DNA of 64,000 nt, from the IMG/VR virus record IMGVR_UViG_3300028048_000142, positions 106-64,105 of that record; one strand, written 5' to 3'. The stretch is from a virus. Its lineage: Duplodnaviria > Caudoviricetes. This document shows positions 10,163 to 20,466 of this stretch, one piece after another (position 1 is the first letter of the stretch; every line of letters starts with the position of its first letter). The notes below the pieces were generated by a model. That model was not told the origin of the DNA and ran no database searches. It was given only the letters and a program-made list of their open reading frames with translations. A program made the translations under genes and the position numbers.

Positions 10163-10170
10163 TATTTATA
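10163..10170 (-). promoter_or_regulatory. T4-type late promoter TATAAATA
   Basis: Upstream of gp23; the same octamer precedes gp14, 24434, 26338, 28398, 40576, 41478, 43295, 45154, 47801, gp18, 60454 and 63499. Confidence 0.85.
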
Positions 10171-10276
10171 TTTTTTTAAAAATTTTTATAAAAAAATCTT
10201 GACAACTTGATTTTTGATTAAAAAAGAGGGGGTTTTTGAATATAATATATAAACCCCCGATTATGGGGGTTTATAT

Positions 10277-13246
10277 AGCTATGTTGTAAAGGTGTATTGA
10301 TATTATAACAGTTCTAATTTTGTATTATTATTTCCTGATATTTTAGCATCATAAAGTTTAAACAATAGTTCAACAATTTGTTCTTCGGTACTGTCTTTTG
10401 ATAAACCGTATAATTCAAGTACTGCTTTATCATTATTTTCATGCGCTTTGCGTAATTCCGGCGGCATAGTTAATGAATCATACAAATCTGCAAGTGTACT
10501 CTCTGGGTATTTATTCCTTGCATCTAAAATTGACTGTGCAGCTTTTTCGATCTTTTCTTTTTGCTGCTCGGTAGGTTTTACCCATACAAAATTGTTGTAT
10601 ATTATATTAATTGAATATTGATAATCGCTTTTCATTCTTCCACAAACAAATCTCATCCATGCATTATGAACTACCGAACTTAAGATAGAAAAGTGGAACA
10701 TATCTGCATTTGGGATCATTAGTGCGCTTCCACTAATAATTACTTGAGTTGAAACAAAACCGCACGGCAAATATAATCTTTTTTGTGAAGATACTTTTGG
10801 GAAAACAAGTATATTGCCGCTTTCTGGTTGTCTAATTTCGCCAAAAAGATAAGGCAAATCAGCTAGTTTTTTTGTTTCTGGTCTTGAACTTGAACTTCTA
10901 AAATTATAAGTATTAGTAATTCTTTGCAATATTGTTTTTGATTTGCTTACTTTTGAAGGCTCAATATTTTTTAACCAAATACACCAATTCGTTATCCCAT
11001 TTAGAAATTCTTTCCCACCTATATATCTTCTTAGAAAATTTGCATTGTTTGGATTTTCATTTAATATTAAATCATACTCATTTTCATCTTTTATTATTAG
11101 ATTCCCATCATCTATTGGCATACTGCCATAGATCATAGGAATGCAATTGGATATAGGTTTATTCCTAGAAGTAATATTATAATGATTATGATTTGATGAA
11201 GTACATTTAAGATAACAATTGATGTTTGAAACATTAATTTTTTTATTATTACAATCAACTAAAAATTTATTATCTTTTGGAATTTTAGATATACTAATTA
11301 TAACGCAATGTATATGGGCTTTATTATTAGATTCATTTTGCCAATTAAATGTTTGATAAGCAAAGTTTATAGTAATACCTTTATTGAGTAGATAATTCCA
11401 TAGCAAAGGTGCCTGCTGTCCCTGCGTAATAGAATTTGTCGAAACAAATGCACATTGGCTATCAATAATATAGTCAGCAGCTTTCGAGAACCATGCTGAA
11501 ACATAATCCAAAATTGAACTAGATTTTAGATCTCTAAATACATATAACATATCTTCTTTTTGTTTTATGCTTTGTTCCTTTTTCCCAACAAAAGGCGGAT
11601 TACCCATTATATAATTTAACTCTTTACTAGGGATTAAATCATTCCAATCCATTTTTAATGCGTTTGCAACAATAATATTGTTATTTGATTTTAAAGGCAA
11701 AGTTTGTACATTGGTGTTAATATCTTTTTCTAAGGTTTTCTGTAAACACTGATATTCAGCAATCCATAAAGCAGTTTTAGCTACATCAACGGCAAAATCG
11801 TTTATCTCAATTCCATAGAATTGATTTATAGAAACTTTAACTTGAGCATCCTCAGTAGTTGCAAGTTTTGTTTGAAATTCATCTCGTTCATTAGCACCGT
11901 ATAATTTTATAAGGATTTTATCCTCTAAATCCCTTAATGAAAGATATGTTTCAGTTAAAAAATTTCCTGAACCACATGCTGGATCTAAGAATGTTAAACT
12001 TGCTATTTTATCTTGAAATTCTCTTAATTTTGTATTCCTGACGTTTTCCTGTTTATATTCTAAAATCTCATTAAGTTCTATTTTTAAATCATCTAAAAAT
12101 AAAGGATCTATAACTTTATGTATATTCTCAATAGAAGTATAGTGCATCCCACCTTTTCTTCTTGTTTCAAGATTTAATGTACTTTCAAATATTGAACCAA
12201 AAATTGTCGGACTAATCATACTCCAATCTGTTTCAAAACTTGCTTTATTGATTAGATAATCAATCAGTTCTTTTGATATATTCGGAATGTTAGCTTTTTG
12301 AGCAAATAGACCGCCGTTAATATATGGGAAATCATTGAGTTCTTTTTCCAACCATTGATCTCGGTCTTTAGTTTCTGTATTTAATACAGTGAACAATTCT
12401 TTTAGCTGTTTCCTGAATATATTAGGATCGTCTTTATATTTTACTAGGAATTTTCCAAATTGCTGATGTTCATTAAACATGCCAGAATCTTCTGCGTATA
12501 AACAGAAAACTAACCTTACACAAACTATATTGATTTCATTCAAATCTTTTTCAGATGGGGTAATCCCCTTTTTAGTGAATTCATCTAGTAAAAGATTGTA
12601 AATATCGCCTATTATTTTTCCGGCTGTAATTGAAATCTCTTTTTCTTGTATTATTCTTTCTACTGTATTATCAACTATGAATTTTAACTCATTATATCGT
12701 TTCGGCAGTTCATCTAATTTGATTATAATCTTGGATTCTAAAGGTTGTTTACTGTCCATATCATAGATCTGGAATTCTTTAAAATTGCAGACAATAATCC
12801 ATTTAGCTTTTTCACTTGTAGGCAGATACGTTTGATATTCCCTAGCTTGTTCAAACGGGGTTAAATTGTTATGACTGGGTTGATGCTTGTTTAAATCAAT
12901 ATCAGATGATTTATGCTCTATGAGTACCCGTGTTTTTGGAATGTATATATCTATCTTTTTAGTATTATTGTTTAGATCTTTAATTTTTTTCTCTGAATCA
13001 AGATAATCCATACCATTAAAGTTAAAAGCTGATTGTAATAATTGAAGCCAGAAGTTAAGACGGTATGAATCCTCTGATATTTTACCCTCGGATTTTTCTA
13101 TGCTTTTATACTTTTCAATAAATGATTTAATTGATTTTCTAATTTTAGTATTATCAGCCATACGTCACCTCAGTTTCAATATATTCTAGTATATCAAAAT
13201 TCATAATTGTGTGATTGATACATCAATACACTTTTACAACATAGCT
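10277..13246. mobile_element. transposase-less TIR cassette carrying a MmeI-like RM gene
   Basis: 25-bp inverted repeats (24/25 identical) at 10277-10301 and 13222-13246 tightly bracket one ORF. Confidence 0.8.
10303..13161 (-). CDS. type IIL (MmeI-family) fused restriction endonuclease-methyltransferase
   Basis: N-terminal IDIYIP..VLIEHKS (D..ExK), GMHYTS, FLDPACGSGNFL, GNPPF, C-terminal TLADLYD..TMPPELRKAH. Confidence 0.92.
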   Translation of the reverse strand: MADNTKIRKSIKSFIEKYKSIEKSEGKISEDSYRLNFWLQLLQSAFNFNGMDYLDSEKKIKDLNNNTKKIDIYIPKTRVLIEHKSSDIDLNKHQPSHNNLTPFEQAREYQTYLPTSEKAKWIIVCNFKEFQIYDMDSKQPLESKIIIKLDELPKRYNELKFIVDNTVERIIQEKEISITAGKIIGDIYNLLLDEFTKKGITPSEKDLNEINIVCVRLVFCLYAEDSGMFNEHQQFGKFLVKYKDDPNIFRKQLKELFTVLNTETKDRDQWLEKELNDFPYINGGLFAQKANIPNISKELIDYLINKASFETDWSMISPTIFGSIFESTLNLETRRKGGMHYTSIENIHKVIDPLFLDDLKIELNEILEYKQENVRNTKLREFQDKIASLTFLDPACGSGNFLTETYLSLRDLEDKILIKLYGANERDEFQTKLATTEDAQVKVSINQFYGIEINDFAVDVAKTALWIAEYQCLQKTLEKDINTNVQTLPLKSNNNIIVANALKMDWNDLIPSKELNYIMGNPPFVGKKEQSIKQKEDMLYVFRDLKSSSILDYVSAWFSKAADYIIDSQCAFVSTNSITQGQQAPLLWNYLLNKGITINFAYQTFNWQNESNNKAHIHCVIISISKIPKDNKFLVDCNNKKINVSNINCYLKCTSSNHNHYNITSRNKPISNCIPMIYGSMPIDDGNLIIKDENEYDLILNENPNNANFLRRYIGGKEFLNGITNWCIWLKNIEPSKVSKSKTILQRITNTYNFRSSSSRPETKKLADLPYLFGEIRQPESGNILVFPKVSSQKRLYLPCGFVSTQVIISGSALMIPNADMFHFSILSSVVHNAWMRFVCGRMKSDYQYSINIIYNNFVWVKPTEQQKEKIEKAAQSILDARNKYPESTLADLYDSLTMPPELRKAHENNDKAVLELYGLSKDSTEEQIVELLFKLYDAKISGNNNTKLELL

Positions 13247-13990
13247 TTATCTAATTATATAACATCCATGCTCAGTATAATTCACAGTTTCAAAATCTTT
13301 TGATACTCTTATAGTATTATTAAGATATTCAACAAACTTTAAAAATTCTTCTTCTGGAACATTGTTTAAATCTGCGTAACCAAATCTTAGGTCTAAATCA
13401 ATCGGACAGATTGAAAGATTATAATTGTTTGCATATATTCTGAATGCGAGGTTTTCTGCATCATCTCGATTGTCAAAAAAGAACGGTTCTCTAATTCCGT
13501 TTTCGGGGTTTATAAACTTTTTATCTTGCAGCAATCTTTGTTGTACTTCATGCAACTCGGAAAGGAAGTCAATCACTATTAAAGATGGATTTAAACTCAT
13601 AAGATTAGCAATCAAATACTGCCGTTGATCTCTGCTCAAGTGATACCATGCACCTTCAACAAGGATTGTATCGATATTATGTATGAAATCCGGCTTTTTC
13701 TGAGTGCAATCCCATTGAAATACTCTAAGATTCTTGTATTTCAGTTTTGCTGTTTCTTGACAATGTTCCGGTACAAGGTCTGATGCAAATAATTCAATAT
13801 CTGGAAAGGTATCAAGAATGAATTTTGTATGTATTCCTGTACCACAGGAAATCTGCAAAACTCGTTTTGAATTTTGTAATAGATTTTTGTATAGATATTG
13901 TTTCCGATATAGTTCTAATCTATGACGGTTGTCGGAAGTCAGTCTTTTAGACTCATCATAAGTTTTGTAAAAATCAATTACCTTTTGCAT
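13247..13990 (-). CDS. class I SAM-dependent methyltransferase
   Basis: VLQISCGTGIH, SDLVPEH, GAWYHL motifs; likely start MQKVIDF. Confidence 0.75.
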   Translation of the reverse strand: MQKVIDFYKTYDESKRLTSDNRHRLELYRKQYLYKNLLQNSKRVLQISCGTGIHTKFILDTFPDIELFASDLVPEHCQETAKLKYKNLRVFQWDCTQKKPDFIHNIDTILVEGAWYHLSRDQRQYLIANLMSLNPSLIVIDFLSELHEVQQRLLQDKKFINPENGIREPFFFDNRDDAENLAFRIYANNYNLSICPIDLDLRFGYADLNNVPEEEFLKFVEYLNNTIRVSKDFETVNYTEHGCYIIR

Positions 13991-14780
13991 CTGAATACCC
14001 CGGAACAAGCAAGTTATTTAAAGTCATTCTACCATCTGTCCAGTAGTTGCTTGATTTAATACTGTGGCTGCTGAAAACATCGTTCCATAATGATACATGC
14101 AATCCATGCACATTGAAGATTTCAGATTCTTTAAAATTACCGATTTTCTGATAAACATTCTTAATGTAACTGCTAATTCTAAGATAAGCATTTAAATCAT
14201 CATGGAAATCATCGGTAGCTATGAATTTATAAACTTTTCTTAATTGAACATATGAAATCTTTTCAATAGATTTAAGTTCATTCAAAATTGAAAATATTTC
14301 AAATTCATTATATCTATTAACAACTATTGAAACTCTTAAACTTGCACCATCTTTTAATTCAATTTTATTAATATTATCAAGGATATCAAAAGTTAATAAT
14401 TTTCCGGTGATTTTCTGGAATGTAAAAGGTTCTAAAGATTGCAGACTAACTGAAATCTCTTCATCACATTTGCTTACAATATCCATCTTAGGTAATGATG
14501 CGTTAGTTCTTATACCTACTTTAAATCCATTATACTGCAGATATTCAATAAGTTCAGATAGATAAGGATATAATAAAGGCTCTGAGTTGGTACTTGAAAT
14601 ATAGATTTTAGGTGTCCCCTCTAGGGATGCAATCCATTCCTTGAAGTTTTTCCACTCGTTGAAATGCATGTTATATGGTTTATAAACATCATTATCCATT
14701 TCACAGCCTAAACAGTAAAAACAGTTTAGATTGCATCTACCGTTTATAAGAATTTCACCATAATCAACCATTTTTACCAC
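13974..14780 (-). CDS. radical SAM protein
   Basis: CNLNCFYC (CxxxCxxC), EPLL, IRTNAS motifs. Confidence 0.88.
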   Translation of the reverse strand: MVKMVDYGEILINGRCNLNCFYCLGCEMDNDVYKPYNMHFNEWKNFKEWIASLEGTPKIYISSTNSEPLLYPYLSELIEYLQYNGFKVGIRTNASLPKMDIVSKCDEEISVSLQSLEPFTFQKITGKLLTFDILDNINKIELKDGASLRVSIVVNRYNEFEIFSILNELKSIEKISYVQLRKVYKFIATDDFHDDLNAYLRISSYIKNVYQKIGNFKESEIFNVHGLHVSLWNDVFSSHSIKSSNYWTDGRMTLNNLLVPGYSDAKGN

Positions 14781-15001
14781 CCGTTCAAAAGTGTGAAACC
14801 ATTCTGTTTTAAACAGTTTTCAATATACTCAATTACATCTGTTTCGTTTTTAATCACATCGAAATCATATTTTTTATTTTTATATATATTATAATATATA
14901 ATAAAAACATTATTTGCAAATACTTTCAATTCGATTCCTTGTTCGGGAATTTCAAATATTCGAGTTTCAAACGTGATAAACTTTCCATGAATTTTTATCA
15001 T
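14774..15001 (-). CDS. hypothetical protein
   Basis: 75 aa ORF overlapping the radical SAM start. Confidence 0.5.
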   Translation of the reverse strand: MIKIHGKFITFETRIFEIPEQGIELKVFANNVFIIYYNIYKNKKYDFDVIKNETDVIEYIENCLKQNGFTLLNGW

Positions 15002-15046
15002 ATAATATTCTCTTACGGTATTTAGTAACTAAAATTATATGTGCCT

Positions 15047-16357
15047 TTAACGAGTATATGCAATGTGAACCTTTTCTATATCTATTAGACATGTGTTTCT
15101 TGCAGTTATCCTTTTTATTTTAGATAATTTAGGTGTTTTATCTCTTTTAGGCGCATCTGGAAATTTAATTGTTTTATTGTTTATATCCATTAAAGTCGCA
15201 TAACCTTTGCTATCAATACCTTTTATAAAGTATATATTACCTTTATATTGAACTTTATCATAACGTCTTAAACCGTTTACTTTACCTCTATTCATTCGCT
15301 TTTCAGACCGTTTTCCGTTAGTCTGTCTATAATCACCTTTAGTAACACTTCTTTTAATATATACTATATCAGATTTAAAATTAACATCTGGTCCACCATT
15401 AGCTATTATACATGCATCTATATAATGTCGTTTAGGCAATTTAGCTTCAAAACGATTTTGTTTAGTTATATAACCGTATGTTTCTATTGCATTTGGGTAA
15501 CGGTCAACTAATCGTTTTGAGATTATATTCATATGAGTATCATGTCTTAAAACCCCAAAAGGCATTCCTTTAATGTCTATTGTTATTTTACCATCATGTA
15601 TTTTTGGATGGCATACTGGACATACAGTAATTAAATTCCTTGGATCGTCACTTCCACCCCGACTTCTATAAACAATATGATGTGTTTCTAATCGAATACC
15701 ATTTTTACGTTTATAACCTTCTTTTTTACAACATATCTGACATTCATGATTATCTCGTTCTAAAACGTATTCACGGGCATTAGCATACCCATAAAGTATA
15801 CCTTTTTGATAACCAAAATGTCTATATTTTTCATTATGCAATTTAGGATTTTTCAATAAATGCATATCGAATTTAGCTGTTTCAAAAATTAGATCATCAT
15901 CTGTTACCGGAAGAATAGATTTAACAAATTCAATCTCTTTTACATGAGAATGAATTTTACTAATTAAAGTAGGTGGTAATCTACCTTTTTTAGTACTATT
16001 CTTTCTATTTAAGAATCTAGCTTTTCTATAACGAGTTTTTCTTGAACGTCTGTGTCTCCTATACATCCGTCTTTGTTCCATTTTATCTTTTATGTCATTT
16101 TTGATTGTTGTTTCAGCCATATAAACAGTATCGCCTTTTTCATTAACAACGGCAGAACCGATATGTGATGAACCAACATCAATACCCAAAGACAGTTTTT
16201 GAGTGTACTCAGTACTGTCATAAAGAAGTTTAATCGTAAAAGGACATTTACATATCACTTTTGCTTTTCCCTCTTTTAACAGCTTTCTAACCCTACCACA
16301 CCGTTTAGTAGGCATTAAGGGGTTTCCATTTTTAGATTTTACGTATACTAAATACAT
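15047..16357 (-). CDS. iscB: IscB RNA-guided endonuclease
   Basis: PLMP domain, RuvC-I GIDVG, Arg-rich bridge helix, HNH (CQIC..HHIVYRSRGGSD..NLITVC..CH), RuvC-III HYIDA. Confidence 0.96.
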   Translation of the reverse strand: MYLVYVKSKNGNPLMPTKRCGRVRKLLKEGKAKVICKCPFTIKLLYDSTEYTQKLSLGIDVGSSHIGSAVVNEKGDTVYMAETTIKNDIKDKMEQRRMYRRHRRSRKTRYRKARFLNRKNSTKKGRLPPTLISKIHSHVKEIEFVKSILPVTDDDLIFETAKFDMHLLKNPKLHNEKYRHFGYQKGILYGYANAREYVLERDNHECQICCKKEGYKRKNGIRLETHHIVYRSRGGSDDPRNLITVCPVCHPKIHDGKITIDIKGMPFGVLRHDTHMNIISKRLVDRYPNAIETYGYITKQNRFEAKLPKRHYIDACIIANGGPDVNFKSDIVYIKRSVTKGDYRQTNGKRSEKRMNRGKVNGLRRYDKVQYKGNIYFIKGIDSKGYATLMDINNKTIKFPDAPKRDKTPKLSKIKRITARNTCLIDIEKVHIAYTR

Positions 16358-16653
16358 AATTATTCCTTAAGAATATAATTCAAAGTCCTAAGACTTAGTT
16401 ATGCGTATTTAATTGCTGTTACCACAATTAAAATCCGACTTCATCTCGACAATGACATTAAGGCTTGTCATATCTTATCGTAAGGCATTTATTACTTCAA
16501 CCTTATCAGTTTTTTAAGATGCTAGAGCATTGATCTGATGCGTCAACCAAAGGTAGCATGACCTTAACATCGTAGTTTAGATTTCTCTAAACTTAGTCTG
16601 GTAAACTGTTATTTAATGAAAGCCACACCCCTTCATGGGGTGGGGTAGTTTAC
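16358..16653 (-). ncRNA. IscB omegaRNA scaffold, copy 2
   Basis: About 300 nt non-coding leader conserved with copy 1; predicted guide lies in 16654-16670. Confidence 0.85.
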
Positions 16654-16684
16654 GGAAAGCTATCAATGATGTTTTTAATTTGTA

Positions 16685-16999
16685 TCATACAATGTACTTT
16701 TCAAGTTCCTTTGCAAGTTCGTGATTGCATTCTGTTTCCCAGTAGTTGCCTGTAGAACCGCCCCTTGGGGCATCGTTGCCTGTTGAAACTTTAATCTTGG
16801 CTTTACGCATTAACTCATAAGCATCATGTGCCTGAGGAACAACATTCAGATTTGACCATCCGCCTCTTCGATGCCATGCACTGAAAAAGTGAATTTTGTC
16901 ACCGTTTAATGCATTGATGATGTGTGTTAAAATGCTCTGAGAAGTTTTAGTTTTCACACTGTATCTTAAATTTCCGATAATTCTTTCAGCTAATTCCAT
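16685..16999 (-). CDS. hypothetical early protein
   Basis: 104 aa, GNDAPRGG motif; own sigma70 promoter. Confidence 0.7.
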   Translation of the reverse strand: MELAERIIGNLRYSVKTKTSQSILTHIINALNGDKIHFFSAWHRRGGWSNLNVVPQAHDAYELMRKAKIKVSTGNDAPRGGSTGNYWETECNHELAKELEKYIV

Positions 17000-17031
17000 T
17001 TTTCAAGTCCCTCATTCATTTCGATGTATAT

Positions 17032-17060
17032 ATAATAACAAATTAAAATCTATTTGTCAA
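17032..17060 (-). promoter_or_regulatory. sigma70 early promoter (AAAAAAGTAC-TTGACA-17-TATTAT)
   Basis: The same AAAAAAGTACTTGACA upstream element recurs near 2284 and 17721. Confidence 0.8.
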
Positions 17061-17081
17061 GTACTTTTTTAAAATTTTTCT

Positions 17082-17339
17082 TTAATAATCCGTTTCTTTG
17101 CAAACTTTGTAGCTTGCTTCAATTGCATCTGCAATATCTGTTTTTAAAATTGCAAGGACTGGTGATTCCTTGAAATCATTCAAAAACGGCAATAAGTTGC
17201 TGCAATCAATTGTATCATTAATAATTGCATGTTTGATAGAATCGATAAAGACTTTCTCATCATTATCTGCAGAGTTTGAATTGATTGCAATCTCACATGC
17301 ATGTGCAATTTTCTGTTTTAAAAAATCGTTTCTGTCCAT
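17082..17339 (-). CDS. hypothetical early protein
   Basis: 85 aa, co-oriented operon. Confidence 0.6.
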   Translation of the reverse strand: MDRNDFLKQKIAHACEIAINSNSADNDEKVFIDSIKHAIINDTIDCSNLLPFLNDFKESPVLAILKTDIADAIEASYKVCKETDY

Positions 17340-17342
17340 AAT

Positions 17343-17669
17343 CTACCCCGCAAAGGAAATCTTAACATTTTCAGAATATTTGTATATTTTACGCATCAAT
17401 GGCAATACTGATTTTTTGTCATAATTATTTACTAAATTAGTTGAAACAATTTTCCATTTATTGTTTAAACTGTCCCAGACTTTCACAGTAAACTTTTTCA
17501 ATGATTTTACACGTTCGTTGCTGAAATCCTCGGTTGATTTTTCAAGAACTTCTGCATCTTCACTTTCAGTGATTACATAGTCAGTGAATGCATATTCTTT
17601 AATTGTTGCGGTTCTTCTGCCGGTATAGTTATAACCTTTTGGATTGTAGATTCTGATAATCTTAAACAT
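17343..17669 (-). CDS. hypothetical early protein
   Basis: 108 aa, AGGGG SD and sigma70 promoter upstream. Confidence 0.65.
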   Translation of the reverse strand: MFKIIRIYNPKGYNYTGRRTATIKEYAFTDYVITESEDAEVLEKSTEDFSNERVKSLKKFTVKVWDSLNNKWKIVSTNLVNNYDKKSVLPLMRKIYKYSENVKISFAG

Positions 17670-17931
17670 ATTTAAACCCCTTTTGAAATATGCCTATATA
17701 TTATCAAATATTTTTGTATTTGTCAAGTACTTTTTTAAACTTTTTAATTAAAAATCAATAAAAATAACAGGAAAGTCATTAATGAAATCAGATTACTTTT
17801 TAATCAAACGGGGGGTAAGAGCCTTACCAAATTTCCTTTCACTCTTTTTAACTTCTTATCCTTATCAATCTAAAGTTCCATATATTTCAATTCAGCATAA
17901 ATACTGTATCAAAGTTAAAAGAGGTACAGTA

Positions 17932-19938
17932 ATGGCGAATCTTTCTAAAATCAAATGTGAACAACTTCTTAATGAAATTGAAAAACTTAAAACAAAACTG
18001 GATGCTAATGATTTTGAATCTTTAAATACCCTAAACAAACTTAAACAGGAAATAACAAATAAAAAATATGGTTTGGTTTGGGAACAACATTCAGAAAAAG
18101 TTGATGAAATGCTTGTTGATAATATTCCGGTTTTTACTGAGGATAAAACCAGAGAGATAGTTTCTGACTCATCATTGCCTTATAACTTCCTTTTAGAAGG
18201 TGATAACTTGCATTCTTTAAAACTTCTTGAGAAAACTCACAAAGAAAGAATAGATGTAATATATATAGATCCACCCTATAACACATGCAATAGTTTAACA
18301 TATGATGATTCAAGAGTAGGTTTAGATGATTCATTTAGACATAGTAAATGGTTATCATTTATGAATTTAAGATTGCAAATAGCCAAAAAATTACTAAATG
18401 AGTCTGGAATCATAATGTTGAGTATTGATGATAATGAAGCATATCAACTTAAATTATTGCTAGATGATATATTCGGTGATAATAATTTAATGGGTATATT
18501 TGCAGTAGTTAAGGCAGAAGGTGGAGGAATGGCTAAATATGTTGTTAAAGGTCATGATCTTCTATTTGTTTATGCGAAAAATTTGCAACGCGCTCACCCA
18601 TTAGCCAAAGAAAAAGATATTAGAGGAAATAGAATTTTTATAAACAACATTGAATATTGGATACAAGAAGATGCAATAAGAGAAACTTTTGGTAAATATG
18701 GAAATTTGTATTATGAAGATATTGTGGATAAAAAAGGAAAAGATTTTAAAGAAAAAATAGATGACGGTATAAAAAATAATGAATATATACTATTATCAAA
18801 GCCAAATGGTAAACATATTATAGGAAAATTAAGAAGAATTGATAAAGATTATTCAAAGTTTTATTCAGTAATGAAACATTTAAATGCTGATGGAATAACG
18901 ACATTAAAATCATTAGGTCTTGCTGAATATTTTGATTATCCAAAACCTGTATCTCTTTTAAAAGAAATTATTAAAGGGGCCACTTTCTTTTCTGATCATG
19001 TTCCGATTATTTTAGATTTTTTTGCAGGTTCAGGAACAACAGCCCAAGCGGTAATGGAACTAAATAATGAGGATAAAAAGCAAAGAGTTTTTATTTTATG
19101 CACAAATAATGAAGTTAGTGCTAAATTAAAACTTAAATTTATGCAGAGTCTTGGATATTTAGAAGATTATAAACCTAATGTACAAAATACAGATAATGCA
19201 ATTGAAAACAAGATTTACTCACTATTTACAGATGGTAAAGAAGGTTTTTTAAGACTTGTAGATAATAATAGGATTAAATATGAATCTTTTGGCATTTGTC
19301 AATATGTTACATATGTTAGATTAAAAAAAATTATTGAAGGATATACCTCAAAAATTCCAGAATCTAAAATAATTTATGATAAAAAAATATCTGTAAATAA
19401 TTTTGATAAAACATCTGATTTTAAGCAAGATATAGATAAAATTATTCAAAAACAAGAATATTCTAATTATAAAATCAAAATCACGAGTGACAATAGAGTT
19501 CAACTTATAGCTAGTACAAAAGATTATAAAATATATAATGGTATCCCAGCAAATCTTAAATACTACAAGACCGATTTTATACCCAAAAACTCTAATCAAA
19601 ATCAAACACAAACTAATCAACAAATAAGTCCAAATTCTGGAGTTAATGAAGTTACTTTATGCGATAAGTTACAGGATCATATCAAAGAGTTAATACAGTT
19701 GGAAACACATCATAATATAGATGATGACTATTATAAAATGATATTAAATGATGCAGATTTAAGTGATCTTATCACGATTATAAACAAGAACCCAAATCTT
19801 AAAGAGATTTATATATCATCAACAATATTGTTAGATTCAAATCAAAAGCAAATTTTAGAGTCTAAAAATATCAAAGTTTCTGAAATACCGGATTATTACT
19901 TTTCAAATGAATTAAAAGAGAATGGTGAGTTATGGTAG
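17932..19938 (+). CDS. mod: type III RM Mod-like adenine methyltransferase
   Basis: KKYGLVWE, LLEGDNL, IYIDPPYNT, YPKPVSL, LDFFAGSGTT; GAGG SD before ATG 17932. Confidence 0.9.
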   Translation: MANLSKIKCEQLLNEIEKLKTKLDANDFESLNTLNKLKQEITNKKYGLVWEQHSEKVDEMLVDNIPVFTEDKTREIVSDSSLPYNFLLEGDNLHSLKLLEKTHKERIDVIYIDPPYNTCNSLTYDDSRVGLDDSFRHSKWLSFMNLRLQIAKKLLNESGIIMLSIDDNEAYQLKLLLDDIFGDNNLMGIFAVVKAEGGGMAKYVVKGHDLLFVYAKNLQRAHPLAKEKDIRGNRIFINNIEYWIQEDAIRETFGKYGNLYYEDIVDKKGKDFKEKIDDGIKNNEYILLSKPNGKHIIGKLRRIDKDYSKFYSVMKHLNADGITTLKSLGLAEYFDYPKPVSLLKEIIKGATFFSDHVPIILDFFAGSGTTAQAVMELNNEDKKQRVFILCTNNEVSAKLKLKFMQSLGYLEDYKPNVQNTDNAIENKIYSLFTDGKEGFLRLVDNNRIKYESFGICQYVTYVRLKKIIEGYTSKIPESKIIYDKKISVNNFDKTSDFKQDIDKIIQKQEYSNYKIKITSDNRVQLIASTKDYKIYNGIPANLKYYKTDFIPKNSNQNQTQTNQQISPNSGVNEVTLCDKLQDHIKELIQLETHHNIDDDYYKMILNDADLSDLITIINKNPNLKEIYISSTILLDSNQKQILESKNIKVSEIPDYYFSNELKENGELW

Positions 19939-19976
19939 CATTATTTCAATTTCAAGCCGATGCAGTGAATAGCTAA
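19932..19976 (+). pseudogene. 5' stub of a Res helicase gene
   Basis: ATG overlaps the mod stop and reads MVALFQFQADAVNS* (Q-motif-like), ending at AGCT palindromes. Confidence 0.55.
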
Positions 19977-20007
19977 AAATGTTTAGCTATGCTGTTAAAC
20001 AACATAG

Positions 20008-20466
20008 CTAATTTTTAATCAATGTTTTAAAGTATTCAATAATCAAATCATCTGAGATTTGATCCATTTTACTGCTTTTAAACCATGCACCGTTAGGATG
20101 TTGTGACCAAGCAACAAGTTCACCGGCATTATACTTTCCGAAAAAGTTTATAACAGCATCAATAACTTTGATTTGTGGATCTGTGAGATTGTTTTCTACA
20201 TTTTCTTTTCTATTTAAAAGTGCATCAATGAAGTCAAAATGATGGTTCTTTGCGTAATTATAAAGCTTTGGAAAAACCGGACCGTGGGGATATGCTCTAG
20301 GATGTTCCTTGCAAATCCTTGTATCTGAAGATACTAATACTGCACCATACGCACAGTACATCAATTTTTGAAGTTTAGTCAAATTCACAAAGTAATTTTT
20401 CATAGCACACAGTTTGGCTATGTAGGCTGCAAAATCATAGATGTCAATATCGAGTTCTTTTGGCAT
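20008..20466 (-). CDS. Panacea/SocA-like (DUF4065) antitoxin, orphan
   Basis: NLTKLQKLMYCAYG and RAYPHGPVF motifs. Confidence 0.85.
   Translation of the reverse strand: MPKELDIDIYDFAAYIAKLCAMKNYFVNLTKLQKLMYCAYGAVLVSSDTRICKEHPRAYPHGPVFPKLYNYAKNHHFDFIDALLNRKENVENNLTDPQIKVIDAVINFFGKYNAGELVAWSQHPNGAWFKSSKMDQISDDLIIEYFKTLIKN

Noticed and set aside
17782-17931. N-terminal extension of mod in the ORF track
   Set aside because: GAGG SD and family-like start lie at 17932; similar over-extensions were trimmed for 20787, 42890, 46652, 50947, 54629 and 57264
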